A stretch of DNA of 64,000 nt, taken from positions 67,385 to 131,384 of the forward strand of contig CAWEUZ010000005.1 of NCBI GenBank assembly GCA_963812435.1. Direction: 5' to 3'. Each line of letters starts with the position of its first letter. The stretch's first letter is position 1. A program made the translations under genes and the position numbers. Positions 24,916-34,949 of this stretch are shown one piece after another. Source of the DNA: an uncultured Actinomycetes bacterium. GTDB lineage: Bacteria > Actinomycetota > Thermoleophilia > Solirubrobacterales > Solirubrobacteraceae. The notes beneath the pieces were generated by a model, which was not told the DNA's origin, did no database searches, and saw only the letters and a program-made list of their open reading frames with translations.

Positions 24916-25769
24916 GCAAGGTCGCGACCGTCTTCACGCACCGCCGCCCCGCCGAGACGCACCGGGCGCTCGCGCAGCTGATCGAGCTCGCGCGCAAGGC
25001 CGGCTGGACGCTCGCCTTCTCGCCCGAGGAGACCGCCAAGCACGGCCTCGCGCCGGGCGACGGGCTGCTGCTCGACGCCCAGGCCCCCGACGACGCCGAG
25101 CTGTGCATCGCCCTCGGCGGCGACGGCACGATCCTGCACGGCCTGCGCGTGCACGCCAACACCGGCGTGCCCGTCTTCGGGGTGAACTTCGGCGAGGTCG
25201 GCTTCCTCGCGACGATCGACCCAGACGGGATCGTCGCCGGGATCGAGCGCGCGCTGCGCGGCGAGTTCGACATGCTGACGCTGCCGGGGATCGAGGTCAC
25301 GGTCGGCGAGCAGAGATGGCTCGCGATGAACGACGTGTCCTTCCACCGCCAGCAGGGCCTGCGCGTCGCCGACCTCGCGATCGGCGTCGCCGACGAGGAG
25401 GTCGGGCGCGTGCGCTGCGACGGCCTCGTGATCGCCACGCCGGCCGGCTCCACCGGCTACAACCTCGCCAACGGCGGGCCCGTGATGGCGTGGGGCGTGG
25501 AGGGGCTCGCCGTCTCGTTCATCGCGCCGCACTCGCTGACCGCGCGCGCGCTCGTCGTCGCGCCGCGCGACCCGATCGCGGTGCGCAACCGCTCCCGGGA
25601 GGAGCCGGTCGACGTCAGCGTCGACGGCCGGCCGGTCCACGAACTGCCGCCGGACGGCCGCGTCAGCGCGCGCTTCGTCGACGGCGTGGGCACGCTGGCG
25701 CAGACGCCGGGCGCGAGCTTCTACCACCGGCTGCGCGAGAAGTTCGGGCGCATGGCCAGCGGCGTGTAG
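24912..25769 (+). CDS. nadK: NAD kinase
   Basis: GGDGTILHG, NFGEVGFLA, TPAGSTGYNL. GTGA overlap with tlyA. Confidence 0.9.
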   Translation: MSKVATVFTHRRPAETHRALAQLIELARKAGWTLAFSPEETAKHGLAPGDGLLLDAQAPDDAELCIALGGDGTILHGLRVHANTGVPVFGVNFGEVGFLATIDPDGIVAGIERALRGEFDMLTLPGIEVTVGEQRWLAMNDVSFHRQQGLRVADLAIGVADEEVGRVRCDGLVIATPAGSTGYNLANGGPVMAWGVEGLAVSFIAPHSLTARALVVAPRDPIAVRNRSREEPVDVSVDGRPVHELPPDGRVSARFVDGVGTLAQTPGASFYHRLREKFGRMASGV

Positions 25770-25815
25770 TCGAGCTCGGCAGGATCCGTCCGGCCGGAGC
25801 AGAACACTTGTTCGC

Positions 25816-27486
25816 ATGCTTCACGAGCTGCGAGTGGAGAACCTGCTGCTGATCGAGCGCGCCGAGCTGCGGCTCGGGCCGGGACTCAACGTGCTCACGG
25901 GCGAGACGGGCGCGGGCAAGACGATGCTCGCGCACGCGCTCGACCTGCTGCTGGGCGGCAGAGCGCGCAGCGGGATCGTGCGGCCGGGGGCCGAGGAGGC
26001 ATACGTCGAGGGGATCTTCGGACTCGACGTGCGCGTGCGCGAGCTGCTCGGCGAGCGGCTGTCGGCGGACGCCGACGAGCTGGTGCTCGCGCGGCGCGTG
26101 TGGGCCGACGGGCGCACACGCGCCTACCTCGGCGGCCGCGCGGCGACCGTCGGCGACCTGCGCGAGATCGGCGGCGAGCTGCTCGCCTTCTACGGCCAGC
26201 ACGAGCACCGCCGGCTGATGCTGGCCTCCGCGCAGCTGGAGGTGCTCGACGGCTTCTGCGGGGCCGAGCAGCGCGCGCGGCGCAGCGCCGCCGCGGCCGC
26301 GCACGCGGAGGTGCGGGCGTGCACGCGCCGTGCGGAGGAGCTGGGCGCGCTCGACGGCGCGCGCGAGCGCGAGCTCGACCTGCTCGAGTTCGAGCTGCGC
26401 GAGATCGAGGAGGCGGCGCCGAGCGCCGGCGAGCAGGCGGAGCTGAGCGCCGAGCGCGAGCGGCTGCGCCATCTCGAGGCGCTGCGCGCCGCGGCCGCCG
26501 GAGGTGCGGAGGCGCTGGCCCCGGAGAGCGCGGAGGGCGGCGCGAGCGAGCTGCTCGCCGCCGCCGGCCGTCAGTTCGACCCTGTCGCGGGCGTCGACCC
26601 GCAGCTGGACGCGCTCGCCGAGCGCCTGCGCGCGCTCGCGATCGAGGCCGACGACGTCGCCGCCGAGCTGCACCGCTATCTCGACGGCGCCGAGGGCGAG
26701 CCCGGTCGGCTGGAGGAGGTCGAGCAGCGGCTGGAGGCGTTCGGGCGGCTGGAGCGCAAGCACGGCGGCACGATCGCGGCGGTGCTCGCCCACGCGGAGC
26801 GGTGCCGCGCCCGCCGCGACGAGCTGACCGGCGCCGAGGCCGCGCTGCAGGAGACGACGGCGGCGCTCGCCGCCGCGCGCGAGCGACTGGCCGCGGCCGC
26901 CGTCGAGCTGCACGACGCGCGCGCCGCGGCCGCGCCCGCGCTCGCCGAGGCGGTGCGCGCGCGGCTCGCCGAGCTGGCGATGCCGGATGCGCGCTTCGAG
27001 GTCGAGATCGCGCCGCGCGAGGAGCCCGGCCCGAGCGGCGCCGACGCGGTCGAGCTGCTGATCGCCGCCAACCCGGGCGTGCCGGCCGGCCCGCTGCGCG
27101 AGGTCGCCTCCGGCGGCGAGCTCTCGCGCGTGATGCTGGCGCTGCTCGGGGTGGCAAACGCCGACGTCGAGTCCGCCGCCAGGCTGCTCGTGTTCGACGA
27201 GGTCGACGCCGGCATCGGCGGCCGCACGGCCAACGCCGTCGGCGCGCAGCTGCACGCGCTCGCGGCCGAGCGCCAGGTGCTCTGCATCACGCACCTGCCG
27301 CAGGTCGCCGCCCACGCCGACCGCCACTTCCGCATCGCCAAGGACGGGTCCGGCGAGACCGCCACGACGACCGTCGCCGCGCTCCGCAGAGACAGCGTCG
27401 TCGCCGAGCTCGTGCGCATGCTCGGCGCCGACGAGACGGACAGAGCGGCCCGCCGCCACGCGAGAGAGCTGCTCAAGGCCGCTTGA
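25816..27486 (+). CDS. recN: DNA repair protein RecN
   Basis: Walker A GETGAGKTM, a long coiled-coil middle region, the signature ASGGELSRVMLAL and Walker B LLVFDEVDAGIGG. Confidence 0.95.
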   Translation: MLHELRVENLLLIERAELRLGPGLNVLTGETGAGKTMLAHALDLLLGGRARSGIVRPGAEEAYVEGIFGLDVRVRELLGERLSADADELVLARRVWADGRTRAYLGGRAATVGDLREIGGELLAFYGQHEHRRLMLASAQLEVLDGFCGAEQRARRSAAAAAHAEVRACTRRAEELGALDGARERELDLLEFELREIEEAAPSAGEQAELSAERERLRHLEALRAAAAGGAEALAPESAEGGASELLAAAGRQFDPVAGVDPQLDALAERLRALAIEADDVAAELHRYLDGAEGEPGRLEEVEQRLEAFGRLERKHGGTIAAVLAHAERCRARRDELTGAEAALQETTAALAAARERLAAAAVELHDARAAAAPALAEAVRARLAELAMPDARFEVEIAPREEPGPSGADAVELLIAANPGVPAGPLREVASGGELSRVMLALLGVANADVESAARLLVFDEVDAGIGGRTANAVGAQLHALAAERQVLCITHLPQVAAHADRHFRIAKDGSGETATTTVAALRRDSVVAELVRMLGADETDRAARRHARELLKAA

Positions 27487-27507
27487 CGGCCACGACGGTC
27501 CGTAGAC

Positions 27508-28686
27508 TTGACTGCCCTCGTGGCAGTGACTCCCTCAACTTCGGCCACAACGGGCACCCGCGAGGCGGCGGGCGTCGCGCGGCTCGGCAAGCGCACGAAG
27601 CATCTCGTCAAGCGCCTGCGGCCCGGCGACGTGGCGATCATCGATCATCGCGACCTCGATCGCGTCTCCGGTGAAGATCTCGTTGCGTGCGGGGTCGTCG
27701 GCGTCGTCAACTGCTCGCCGTCATCCACCGGCAGCTACCCGAACATGGGCCCGCTGCTGGTCGCGCAGGCCGGCATCCAGCTGGTCGACGTAAGAGACGA
27801 CGCCCTGTTCAAGCGCCTCCACGACGGCGATCCGGTCGTCCTCAGGGACGGCGAGGTGTGGTGTCGCGACAAGCTCGTCGCGGTCGGCGAGCTGCTCGAA
27901 GCCGAGCGCGTGCAGGCCGACACCGACCAGCGCCGCGCGGAGATCGGCGAGGCGCTCGAGGCGTTCGCCCACAACACGATCCAGTACATGCTGGAGGAGC
28001 GCGACCTGCTCGCCGGGCGCATCGACCTGCCGCGCTTCGACACCGACTTCCGCGATCGCCCGGTGCTGATCGTCGTGCGCGGGGTCGACCACAAGCGCGA
28101 CATCAAGGCGCTGCGCCCCTACATCCGCGACCTGCGGCCGGTCCTCGTCGGGGTCGACGGCGGCGCCGACGCGCTGCTGCAGGAAGGCTTCAAGCCGCAC
28201 ATGATCGTCGGCGACATGGACTCCGCGGCGGAGGCGACGCTGCGCTGCGGGGCGGAGCTCGTCGTGCACGCCTACCCCGACGGCCGCGCGCCCGGCCGCG
28301 AGTACCTGGAGCAGCTGAGACTCGAGCACAAGATCGTCCCCGCGCCCGGCACGAGCCAGGACATCGCGATGCTGATCGCCGCCGAGAAGGGCGCGGAGCT
28401 GCTCGTCTCGGTCGGCTCGCACTTCAACCTCGTGGAGTTCCTCGACAAGAACCGCCGCGGCATGGCCTCGACGTTCCTCACGCGCCTGCGGGTGGGGGAG
28501 ATCCTCGTCGACGCGAAGGGCGTGAGCCGCCTCTACCGCCCGCGCCCGGGGATCGCGCCGATCGGCCTGCTCGCGCTGACCGGCGTGCTCGTGCTGATCG
28601 CGGTCGTGCTGCTGACGCCGGGCCTGAAGGACGTCGCCGACCTCCTGTGGCTCAAGCTGCAGGTGCTGCTCGGCATCGACGCTTAG
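27508..28686 (+). CDS. steA: SteA-family putative cytokinetic-ring protein (Rv1697-like)
   Basis: ARLGKRTKHLVKRLRPGDVAIIDHRDLDRVSGEDLV...VVNCSPSSTGSYPNMGP. It ends in a C-terminal TM segment and occupies the position after recN. Confidence 0.75.
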   Translation: MTALVAVTPSTSATTGTREAAGVARLGKRTKHLVKRLRPGDVAIIDHRDLDRVSGEDLVACGVVGVVNCSPSSTGSYPNMGPLLVAQAGIQLVDVRDDALFKRLHDGDPVVLRDGEVWCRDKLVAVGELLEAERVQADTDQRRAEIGEALEAFAHNTIQYMLEERDLLAGRIDLPRFDTDFRDRPVLIVVRGVDHKRDIKALRPYIRDLRPVLVGVDGGADALLQEGFKPHMIVGDMDSAAEATLRCGAELVVHAYPDGRAPGREYLEQLRLEHKIVPAPGTSQDIAMLIAAEKGAELLVSVGSHFNLVEFLDKNRRGMASTFLTRLRVGEILVDAKGVSRLYRPRPGIAPIGLLALTGVLVLIAVVLLTPGLKDVADLLWLKLQVLLGIDA

Positions 28687-28719
28687 GCCCGCGCAAACCC
28701 CGTCTGACACGCTTCCCGC

Positions 28720-29577
28720 ATGCTGAACTTCCGCTACCACGCCCTGTCGCTCGTCGCCGTCTTCCTGTCGCTGGCGATCGGCCTGCTGCTCGGCGTCGCG
28801 ATCGGCGACAAGGGGCTCGTCTCGAGCGCGGAGAAGGACGTGCGCGCCTCATTGCGCGGCGACGTGCGCGACGCGCAGGCCGAGCGCGACGACGCGCGGG
28901 AGCAGCTCGTCGAGCGCCAGGCGTTCGAGCGCGACGCGTACCCCGCGCTCGTCGGCGGACGGCTCGAAGGCCGGCGGATCGCGCTGGTCGAGCTGGGCGG
29001 TCCCTCCGACCGCATGTGGAACCTCACGAAGGACGCCCTGCAGGGCTCCGGCGGAAAGCTGACGTCGGTGTCCGTGATCCGCGAGCCGCTGCAGCTCGAG
29101 GAGCTGGCCGCCGCCGCGCACGGGACGCGCTACGAACGGCTCGCCGAGGACCCGGACCTGCTGCACCCGTTCGCGACGCGCGTCGGGATCCAGTTCACGC
29201 ACGGCGGCCGGCTGCTGCGCGCGGTGCGGCGCGACCTGCTGCGGCAGGGCAGCGGCGCGCTCGACGGCGCCGACGGGGTCGTCGTCGTGCGCAACACGCC
29301 GCAGCTCGACGGCGACGAGGCGGACGCCGTCGACGCGTTCGAGGACGGGCTCGTGCGCGGCCTGCGCGCGCGCGACGTCCCGGTGGTGGGCGTCGAGACG
29401 AGCGACGCCGAGGTCTCGCAGGTCGAGTGGTTCAAGGACCACGAGCTCTCCAGCGTCGACGACCTCGACGACCCGATCGGCCGCGCGGCCGTCGTGTTCG
29501 CGCTCGCCGGGCAGCGCGGCAGCTTCGGCGTCAAGGCGACCGCCGACGGCGGCCGGCTCCCGCCGCTGCTGCAGTAG
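28720..29577 (+). CDS. MctB/SteB-family copper-transporter-like membrane protein (Rv1698-like)
   Basis: MLNFRYHALSLVAVFLSLAIGLLLGVAIG is the N-terminal anchor typical of the MctB family. It lies between steA and pyrG, as in mycobacteria. Confidence 0.7.
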   Translation: MLNFRYHALSLVAVFLSLAIGLLLGVAIGDKGLVSSAEKDVRASLRGDVRDAQAERDDAREQLVERQAFERDAYPALVGGRLEGRRIALVELGGPSDRMWNLTKDALQGSGGKLTSVSVIREPLQLEELAAAAHGTRYERLAEDPDLLHPFATRVGIQFTHGGRLLRAVRRDLLRQGSGALDGADGVVVVRNTPQLDGDEADAVDAFEDGLVRGLRARDVPVVGVETSDAEVSQVEWFKDHELSSVDDLDDPIGRAAVVFALAGQRGSFGVKATADGGRLPPLLQ

Positions 29578-29625
29578 CGCGGGAGCGCGCCCGCCGCCGT
29601 CCGCGCCCGCGGCTACGGTGCCGGG

Positions 29626-30480
29626 GTGCACGCCCTTCCCACGCTCGTCGCGCTCGCCGCGGCGCTCCTGCTGACGCCGCCGATCCTGCGGCACCTGCAG
29701 GCGGAGGGGTTCGTGCGCGAGAACTACCGAGGGGCGCGGTTGCCGTTCCCGGGCGGGATCGCGATCGTGGCGGCGGGGGTGCTGGCGCTCGGCGTCTACT
29801 CCGCGCTCATCACGGTCGCACAGTTCGGCCCGTCCGACGTCGCGCCCACGATCGGCCTGACCTATCCGCTCGGCGTGGCACTGCTCGGCCTGATCGACGA
29901 CCTGCTCGCCGGCACTCCGCGCGGCTGGCGCGGACACGGCAGAGCGGTCCTGGCCGGCGCCTTCAGCACCGGAGCTCTGAAGGCGGTCGGGTCGCTTGCA
30001 CTCGCGTTCTACACACTCGACGGCATCGGCCTCGTGGACGGCGTCGGCGACTACCTGCTCGCCGTCGCCCTGCTGGTGCTGACGACGAACCTCTTCAACC
30101 TGCTCGACCTGCGGCCCGGACGCTCCGCGAAGGCGTTCCTGCTGCTCGGCGTGCTGCTGTCGCTCGTGGCGTGGGACGGCCGCGATGGGTTCGAGCCCGA
30201 GCTGTGGGCCATCGGCCCGCTCGCCGCGCCGATCCTCGTCGTCGGCTTCTACGACCTCCGCGAGCGCACGATGCTCGGCGACGTCGGCGCCAACATGATC
30301 GGCGCCGTCGCCGGCCTCTGGCTCATCTACGCCTTCGACACGACCGGCCAGCTGATCGCTCTCGCCGTCGTCCTCGCACTGACCGTCTACGGCGAGTTTC
30401 GCTCGCTCTCTGCACTCATCGAACGTACGCCGCTGCTGCGGCAGATAGACTCGATCGGAAGGAATGAGCCGCATGCCTGA
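29626..30480 (+). CDS. polytopic membrane protein, MraY/WecA (glycosyltransferase family 4)-like
   Basis: 284 aa and multi-TM, with LGLIDDL and [11 protein letters not shown] motifs reminiscent of polyprenyl-phosphate sugar-1-P transferases. The assignment is tentative. Confidence 0.5.
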   Translation: MHALPTLVALAAALLLTPPILRHLQAEGFVRENYRGARLPFPGGIAIVAAGVLALGVYSALITVAQFGPSDVAPTIGLTYPLGVALLGLIDDLLAGTPRGWRGHGRAVLAGAFSTGALKAVGSLALAFYTLDGIGLVDGVGDYLLAVALLVLTTNLFNLLDLRPGRSAKAFLLLGVLLSLVAWDGRDGFEPELWAIGPLAAPILVVGFYDLRERTMLGDVGANMIGAVAGLWLIYAFDTTGQLIALAVVLALTVYGEFRSLSALIERTPLLRQIDSIGRNEPHA

Positions 30481-32155
30481 CGCCCCTACGAACGGCACGA
30501 CCCGCTTCATCTTCGTGACGGGGGGCGTCGTGTCCTCGCTGGGGAAGGGGATCGCCGCCGCGTCGATCGGGCGGCTGCTCGTCGCGCGCGGGATGACGGT
30601 CCAGCTGCAGAAGCTGGATCCCTACATCAACGTCGACCCCGGCACGATGTCGCCCTACCAGCACGGCGAGGTCTTCGTCACCGAGGACGGCGCCGAGACC
30701 GACCTCGACCTCGGGCACTACGAGCGCTTCACGTCCTCCAACACGCGCCGCGGCTCCAACGTGACGGCCGGCGGCATCTACGACGCGGTGATCCGCCGCG
30801 AGCGCCGCGGCGACTACCTCGGCGGCACCGTGCAGGTCGTCCCGCACATCACCGACGAGATCAAGCACCGCATCAAGCTCGTCGCCGACGCGAGCGACGT
30901 CGACGTCGTGATCACAGAGATCGGCGGCACCGTCGGCGACATCGAGTCGCTGCCGTTCCTGGAGGCGATCCGCCAGTTCCCGGTCGACGTCGGCCGGCGC
31001 AACTGCATGTTCATCCACCTCACGCTCGTTCCGTACATCGGCCATGCCGGCGAGCTGAAGACGAAGCCGACGCAGCACTCCGTCAACGAGCTGCGCCGCA
31101 TCGGCATCGCGCCCGACATGCTGATGTGCCGCTCCGAGGAACGCCTGTCGACGGACATCCGCAGAAAGATTGCGCTGTTCGCGAGCCTGCCGGTCGAGGC
31201 GATCGTCTCCGCCTCCGACGTCGACGACATCTACAAGGTGCCGCTCAACTACCGCGACCAGCAGGTCGACGACTTCGTGCTGGACCACTTCCGCATGGAG
31301 GCCCCCGCGCCCGACCTGACGGAGTGGGAGTCGATAACCGAGCGCGCCGCGCAGGCCACGCAGCCCGTGAGAATCGCGCTCGTCGGCAAGTACGTGAAGC
31401 TCGAGGACGCCTACCTGTCGGTCGTCGAGTCGCTGCGCCACGCCGGCATCGAGCACGGCGGCAAGGTCGAGGTCGACTGGATCGACTCCGAGCAGCTCGA
31501 GAACGAGCGCGCGGCCGAGCGGCTGGCCGGCGCCGACGGGATCCTGATCCCCGGCGGCTTCGGCGGGCGCGGGATCGAGGGCAAGATCGCCGCTGCGCGG
31601 GTCGCGCGCGAGCAGGGGATCCCGTACCTCGGCATCTGCCTCGGGATGCAGGTCGCGGTCGCCGAGTACGCGCGCCACGTCGTCGGGATGGAGGGCGCCA
31701 ACTCGACCGAGTTCGACCCCGAGACGCCGTGGCCGGTGATCGACCTGCTGCCCGAGCAGAAGGAGATCTCGGACCTCGGCGGCACGATGCGCCTCGGCGC
31801 CGACCCGGTGAAGCTGCACGAGGACACGCGCGTGCGCGAGCTCTACGGCGAGGCCGTCATCTACGAGCGCCACCGCCATCGCTACGAGGTCAACAACCAC
31901 CTGCGCCGCCGCATCGAGGCAGCCGGGCTGGTGTGCTCGGGGACGTCGCCCGACGACCAGCTGGTGGAGGCGGTCGAGCTGCCAGCGAGCGAGCACCCGT
32001 TCTTCGTCGCCTCGCAGTACCACCCCGAGTTCAAGTCGCGCCCGGACAAGCCGGCGCCCCTGTTCCGCGGCTTCGTGCGCGCGGCGCTCGATCACGCCAC
32101 GGCGTCGGCCGCCGACGGCGAGCCGACCGTCTCGTCGCGCGCGACGACGGCCTAG
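30473..32155 (+). CDS. pyrG: CTP synthase
   Basis: [15 protein letters not shown], the GATase part [12 protein letters not shown] and LGICLGMQ, and HRHRYEVN. I prefer ATG 30473 (GGAAGGA 9 nt upstream); ATG 30464 is the alternative. Confidence 0.95.
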   Translation: MPDAPTNGTTRFIFVTGGVVSSLGKGIAAASIGRLLVARGMTVQLQKLDPYINVDPGTMSPYQHGEVFVTEDGAETDLDLGHYERFTSSNTRRGSNVTAGGIYDAVIRRERRGDYLGGTVQVVPHITDEIKHRIKLVADASDVDVVITEIGGTVGDIESLPFLEAIRQFPVDVGRRNCMFIHLTLVPYIGHAGELKTKPTQHSVNELRRIGIAPDMLMCRSEERLSTDIRRKIALFASLPVEAIVSASDVDDIYKVPLNYRDQQVDDFVLDHFRMEAPAPDLTEWESITERAAQATQPVRIALVGKYVKLEDAYLSVVESLRHAGIEHGGKVEVDWIDSEQLENERAAERLAGADGILIPGGFGGRGIEGKIAAARVAREQGIPYLGICLGMQVAVAEYARHVVGMEGANSTEFDPETPWPVIDLLPEQKEISDLGGTMRLGADPVKLHEDTRVRELYGEAVIYERHRHRYEVNNHLRRRIEAAGLVCSGTSPDDQLVEAVELPASEHPFFVASQYHPEFKSRPDKPAPLFRGFVRAALDHATASAADGEPTVSSRATTA

Positions 32156-32179
32156 GACCGTCGCGCGCGAGGTCGCTTC

Positions 32180-33322
32180 GTGAGCGTGCAGCGCGCGGAC
32201 GCGGGGGAGCGGCGGGCGCTCGGCGAGCTGTTCGCGGCGCTGTGCGCGATCGAGTCGCCGTACGGCCGCGAGCGTGCGTGCGCGGATCGCGTCAGCGCCG
32301 AGCTGCGCGCGCTGGGCCTTGCCGTCGAGGAGGACGACGCCGGGGCGGCCGCCGGCTCCGACGCCGGGAATCTGCTGGCGTGCCTGCCAGCCGCCGACGG
32401 CGCGCTCGACGGCGGCGTGCTGCTGTGCGCGCACCTCGACACCGTCCCGTTGACCGGGCCGGTCGAGCCGATCTGCGACGACGCCGTATGGCGAAACCGC
32501 CACGACGCGATCCTCGGCGCCGACAACAAGGCGGCTGTCGCGGTGATGCTGCAGGCCGCCCGGCGCTGGGCTAACGAGCCGCCGCCCGTGCCCGTCGAGC
32601 TGCTGTTCACGGTGTGCGAGGAGTACGCGCTGGCAGGCGCCAAGGCGTTCGACGCAGCGCGCCTGCGCAGCCGCTTCGGCTACGTCTTCGACCACGCGTC
32701 GCCGATCGGCGAGATCGTGCTCGCCTCGCCGTACTACCACCGCATCGTCGCCGAGCTGCAGGGGGTGGCCGCGCACGCCGGCATCCGCCCGCAGGACGGC
32801 CGCAACGCGATCGTCGCCGCCGCGCGCGCGATCGCCGCGATGCCGCTCGGGCGCCTCGACGAGGAGACGACCGCGAACGTCGGCACGATCGCCGGCGGCA
32901 CGGGCATCAACGTCGTGCCGGAGCGCTGCCGCGTCGAGGCCGAGGTGCGCAGCCTCGACGAGACGAAGGTCGAAGCGCTCGTGCGCGAGCTGGTGGACCA
33001 CCTGACCGACGGCGCGAACGCCGCCGAGTGCGACCTCGACGTGAACGTCTCGCGGCTCTTCCACGGCTACCGCACGAGAGCGACCGCGCCGCAGGTTCAG
33101 GCCGCCGAGGCCGCGCTGCGCGCGTGCGGCTACGCGCCGCAGCACATCGTCACCGGCGGCGGCTCGGACGCGAACGTGCTGGAGGCGGCCGGCTTCCCCT
33201 GCACGAACCTCGCGAACGGGACCGAGCGCAACCACCAGCCCGACGAGTCCGTCTCCGTCGCCGCGCTGGAGGGGATGCTGGACGTCGCGCTCGCGCTGCC
33301 CGCCGAGGTGGCGGCGTGCTGA
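32180..33322 (+). CDS. M20-family metallopeptidase (PepT/tripeptidase-like)
   Basis: CAHLDTVP, GADNKAAVAVML, LFTVCEEYALAGAK and NVGTIAGGTGINVVP fit the M20 metal-site and dimerisation-domain pattern. Confidence 0.8.
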   Translation: MSVQRADAGERRALGELFAALCAIESPYGRERACADRVSAELRALGLAVEEDDAGAAAGSDAGNLLACLPAADGALDGGVLLCAHLDTVPLTGPVEPICDDAVWRNRHDAILGADNKAAVAVMLQAARRWANEPPPVPVELLFTVCEEYALAGAKAFDAARLRSRFGYVFDHASPIGEIVLASPYYHRIVAELQGVAAHAGIRPQDGRNAIVAAARAIAAMPLGRLDEETTANVGTIAGGTGINVVPERCRVEAEVRSLDETKVEALVRELVDHLTDGANAAECDLDVNVSRLFHGYRTRATAPQVQAAEAALRACGYAPQHIVTGGGSDANVLEAAGFPCTNLANGTERNHQPDESVSVAALEGMLDVALALPAEVAAC

Positions 33323-34377
33323 GGCTGCGGCGCGGGATCGTCGTGACGGCCGAGGCACCCGAGCCGTGGCAGCGACTCGAGGTCGAGATCGCGGGGGAGC
33401 GGCGCCCGGCCTGTGCCGACACGGCGCTCGTCGGCGAGTGCCATGCCGGCGACGACGTCGTCGTCAACGTCGAGGCGCGCGAGCTCGGGCTCGGCTCGGG
33501 CGGCTTCGACGTCGTCCATGTCAATCTCAGCCGCGGCCTCGACGGCCGCGGGATGCCCGGCGCGCACGTGATGAAGCTCAACTACAGCTCGCTCCAGCAC
33601 GCGGTGCTGCCGGCCGAGGGCCGCGAGCTGCAGCTCCCGCTCGGGCGGCCCGTCGGCGTCTTCCAGCTGCACGGGCAGCTCGCTCCGGTCGCGTGGGCGC
33701 TCGCGCAGGCGCGCTCGGGCCTGCGCGTCGGCTACGTGCAGACGGCCGGCGGCGCGCTGCCCGGCGGCATGTCCGACACCGTCCGCCAGCTGCTGCACCG
33801 CGGCCTGCTGGCCGGCCACACGACGGCCGGCCCGGCCTACGGCGGCGGGCAGGAGGCGATCACGACGGCGGGCGCGCTGCACGACGGGCTCGCCGAGGAG
33901 CGGTGGGACGTCGCGCTCGCCGGCCCGGGGCCGGGGATCCTCGGCTCCGGCTCGGCGCTCGGGCATGGCGGGATCGTCGCGCTCGACACCGCGCACGCCG
34001 CGCTCGCGCTCGGCTGCCCGACGGTGCTCACGGCGCGCATGTCCTCGGGCGACCCGCGCGAGCGCCACCGCGGCCTCTCGCACCACACCCGCACGGTCCT
34101 GGAGCTGCTGCTTGCGCCCGTGACGCTGGCGGTCCCGCCGGGGGTGGCGCTGTTCGCGGAGATGGACGGCATCGGCCCGGCGCTCGACGCCGCGCGCGCC
34201 GCCGGCCACGAGGTCGTCCCGGCCGCGATCGACGTCGAGGGCTACCGTGCGAGCGGTCTGCCGACGCGCACGATGGGCCGCACGCTCGACGAGGACCGCC
34301 TCTTCTTCGCGTCCGCGCTCGCCGCCGGCGGGGTGCTCGCCGAGCAGGTCGGCGCCGCGCAGGAGCAGGCGTCGTGA
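33316..34377 (+). CDS. conserved hypothetical protein (resembles DUF3866 family)
   Basis: LRRGIVV...LEVEI..ER.PA.A...LVGECHAGDDVVVNVEARELGLGSGGFDVVHVNL resembles DUF3866 from memory only. It overlaps the M20 gene by 7 nt and the NUDIX gene by 4 nt. Confidence 0.55.
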   Translation: MLRLRRGIVVTAEAPEPWQRLEVEIAGERRPACADTALVGECHAGDDVVVNVEARELGLGSGGFDVVHVNLSRGLDGRGMPGAHVMKLNYSSLQHAVLPAEGRELQLPLGRPVGVFQLHGQLAPVAWALAQARSGLRVGYVQTAGGALPGGMSDTVRQLLHRGLLAGHTTAGPAYGGGQEAITTAGALHDGLAEERWDVALAGPGPGILGSGSALGHGGIVALDTAHAALALGCPTVLTARMSSGDPRERHRGLSHHTRTVLELLLAPVTLAVPPGVALFAEMDGIGPALDAARAAGHEVVPAAIDVEGYRASGLPTRTMGRTLDEDRLFFASALAAGGVLAEQVGAAQEQAS

Positions 34378-34907
34378 GCGCGTTCGAGCAGGTCGGCAGC
34401 GAGGAGATCTGGTCCGGTCACATCGGCACCGTGCGGGTCGAGCGCTACCGCCACGCGGACGGGAAGGAGGTGACGCGCGAGAACGTCGCCCACCCGGGCG
34501 CGGTCGCGATCGTCGCGATCGACGACGAGCACGTCTGGCTCGTGCGCCAGCCGCGCGAGATCTGCGGCGAGGCCGCGCTGCTGGAGGTCCCCGCCGGCAA
34601 GCTCGACGTCGAGGGTGAGGACCCGCGCGCGGCCGCCGAGCGCGAGCTGGCCGAGGAGATCGGCAAGGCGGCGGAGCAGTGGGAGCACCTGAAGGCGATC
34701 TACACCAGCCCCGGCTTCACCGACGAGCGCATCCACGTCTTCCTCGCCACCGGGCTGCGCGACGTCGAGCGCCCGCCGGTCGACGAGGACGAGCGGATCG
34801 AGATCCTCGCCTGGCCGCTGGAGCGGCTCGACGACGCGATCGCCGAGTGCACGGACGCGAAGTCGCTGGTGGGCCTGTTGTTGCTGCGCGCCCGTCGCGA
34901 AGGCTGA
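34374..34907 (+). CDS. NUDIX hydrolase (ADP-ribose pyrophosphatase-like)
   Basis: The Nudix box is GKLDVEGEDPRAAAERELAEEIG. It occupies the position of Rv1700 between pyrG and xerD. Confidence 0.85.
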   Translation: MSAFEQVGSEEIWSGHIGTVRVERYRHADGKEVTRENVAHPGAVAIVAIDDEHVWLVRQPREICGEAALLEVPAGKLDVEGEDPRAAAERELAEEIGKAAEQWEHLKAIYTSPGFTDERIHVFLATGLRDVERPPVDEDERIEILAWPLERLDDAIAECTDAKSLVGLLLLRARREG

Positions 34908-34949
34908 CGGCAGGAGCCGGGCCTTGCGGGCCGAATCAGGCCTGCGGAC

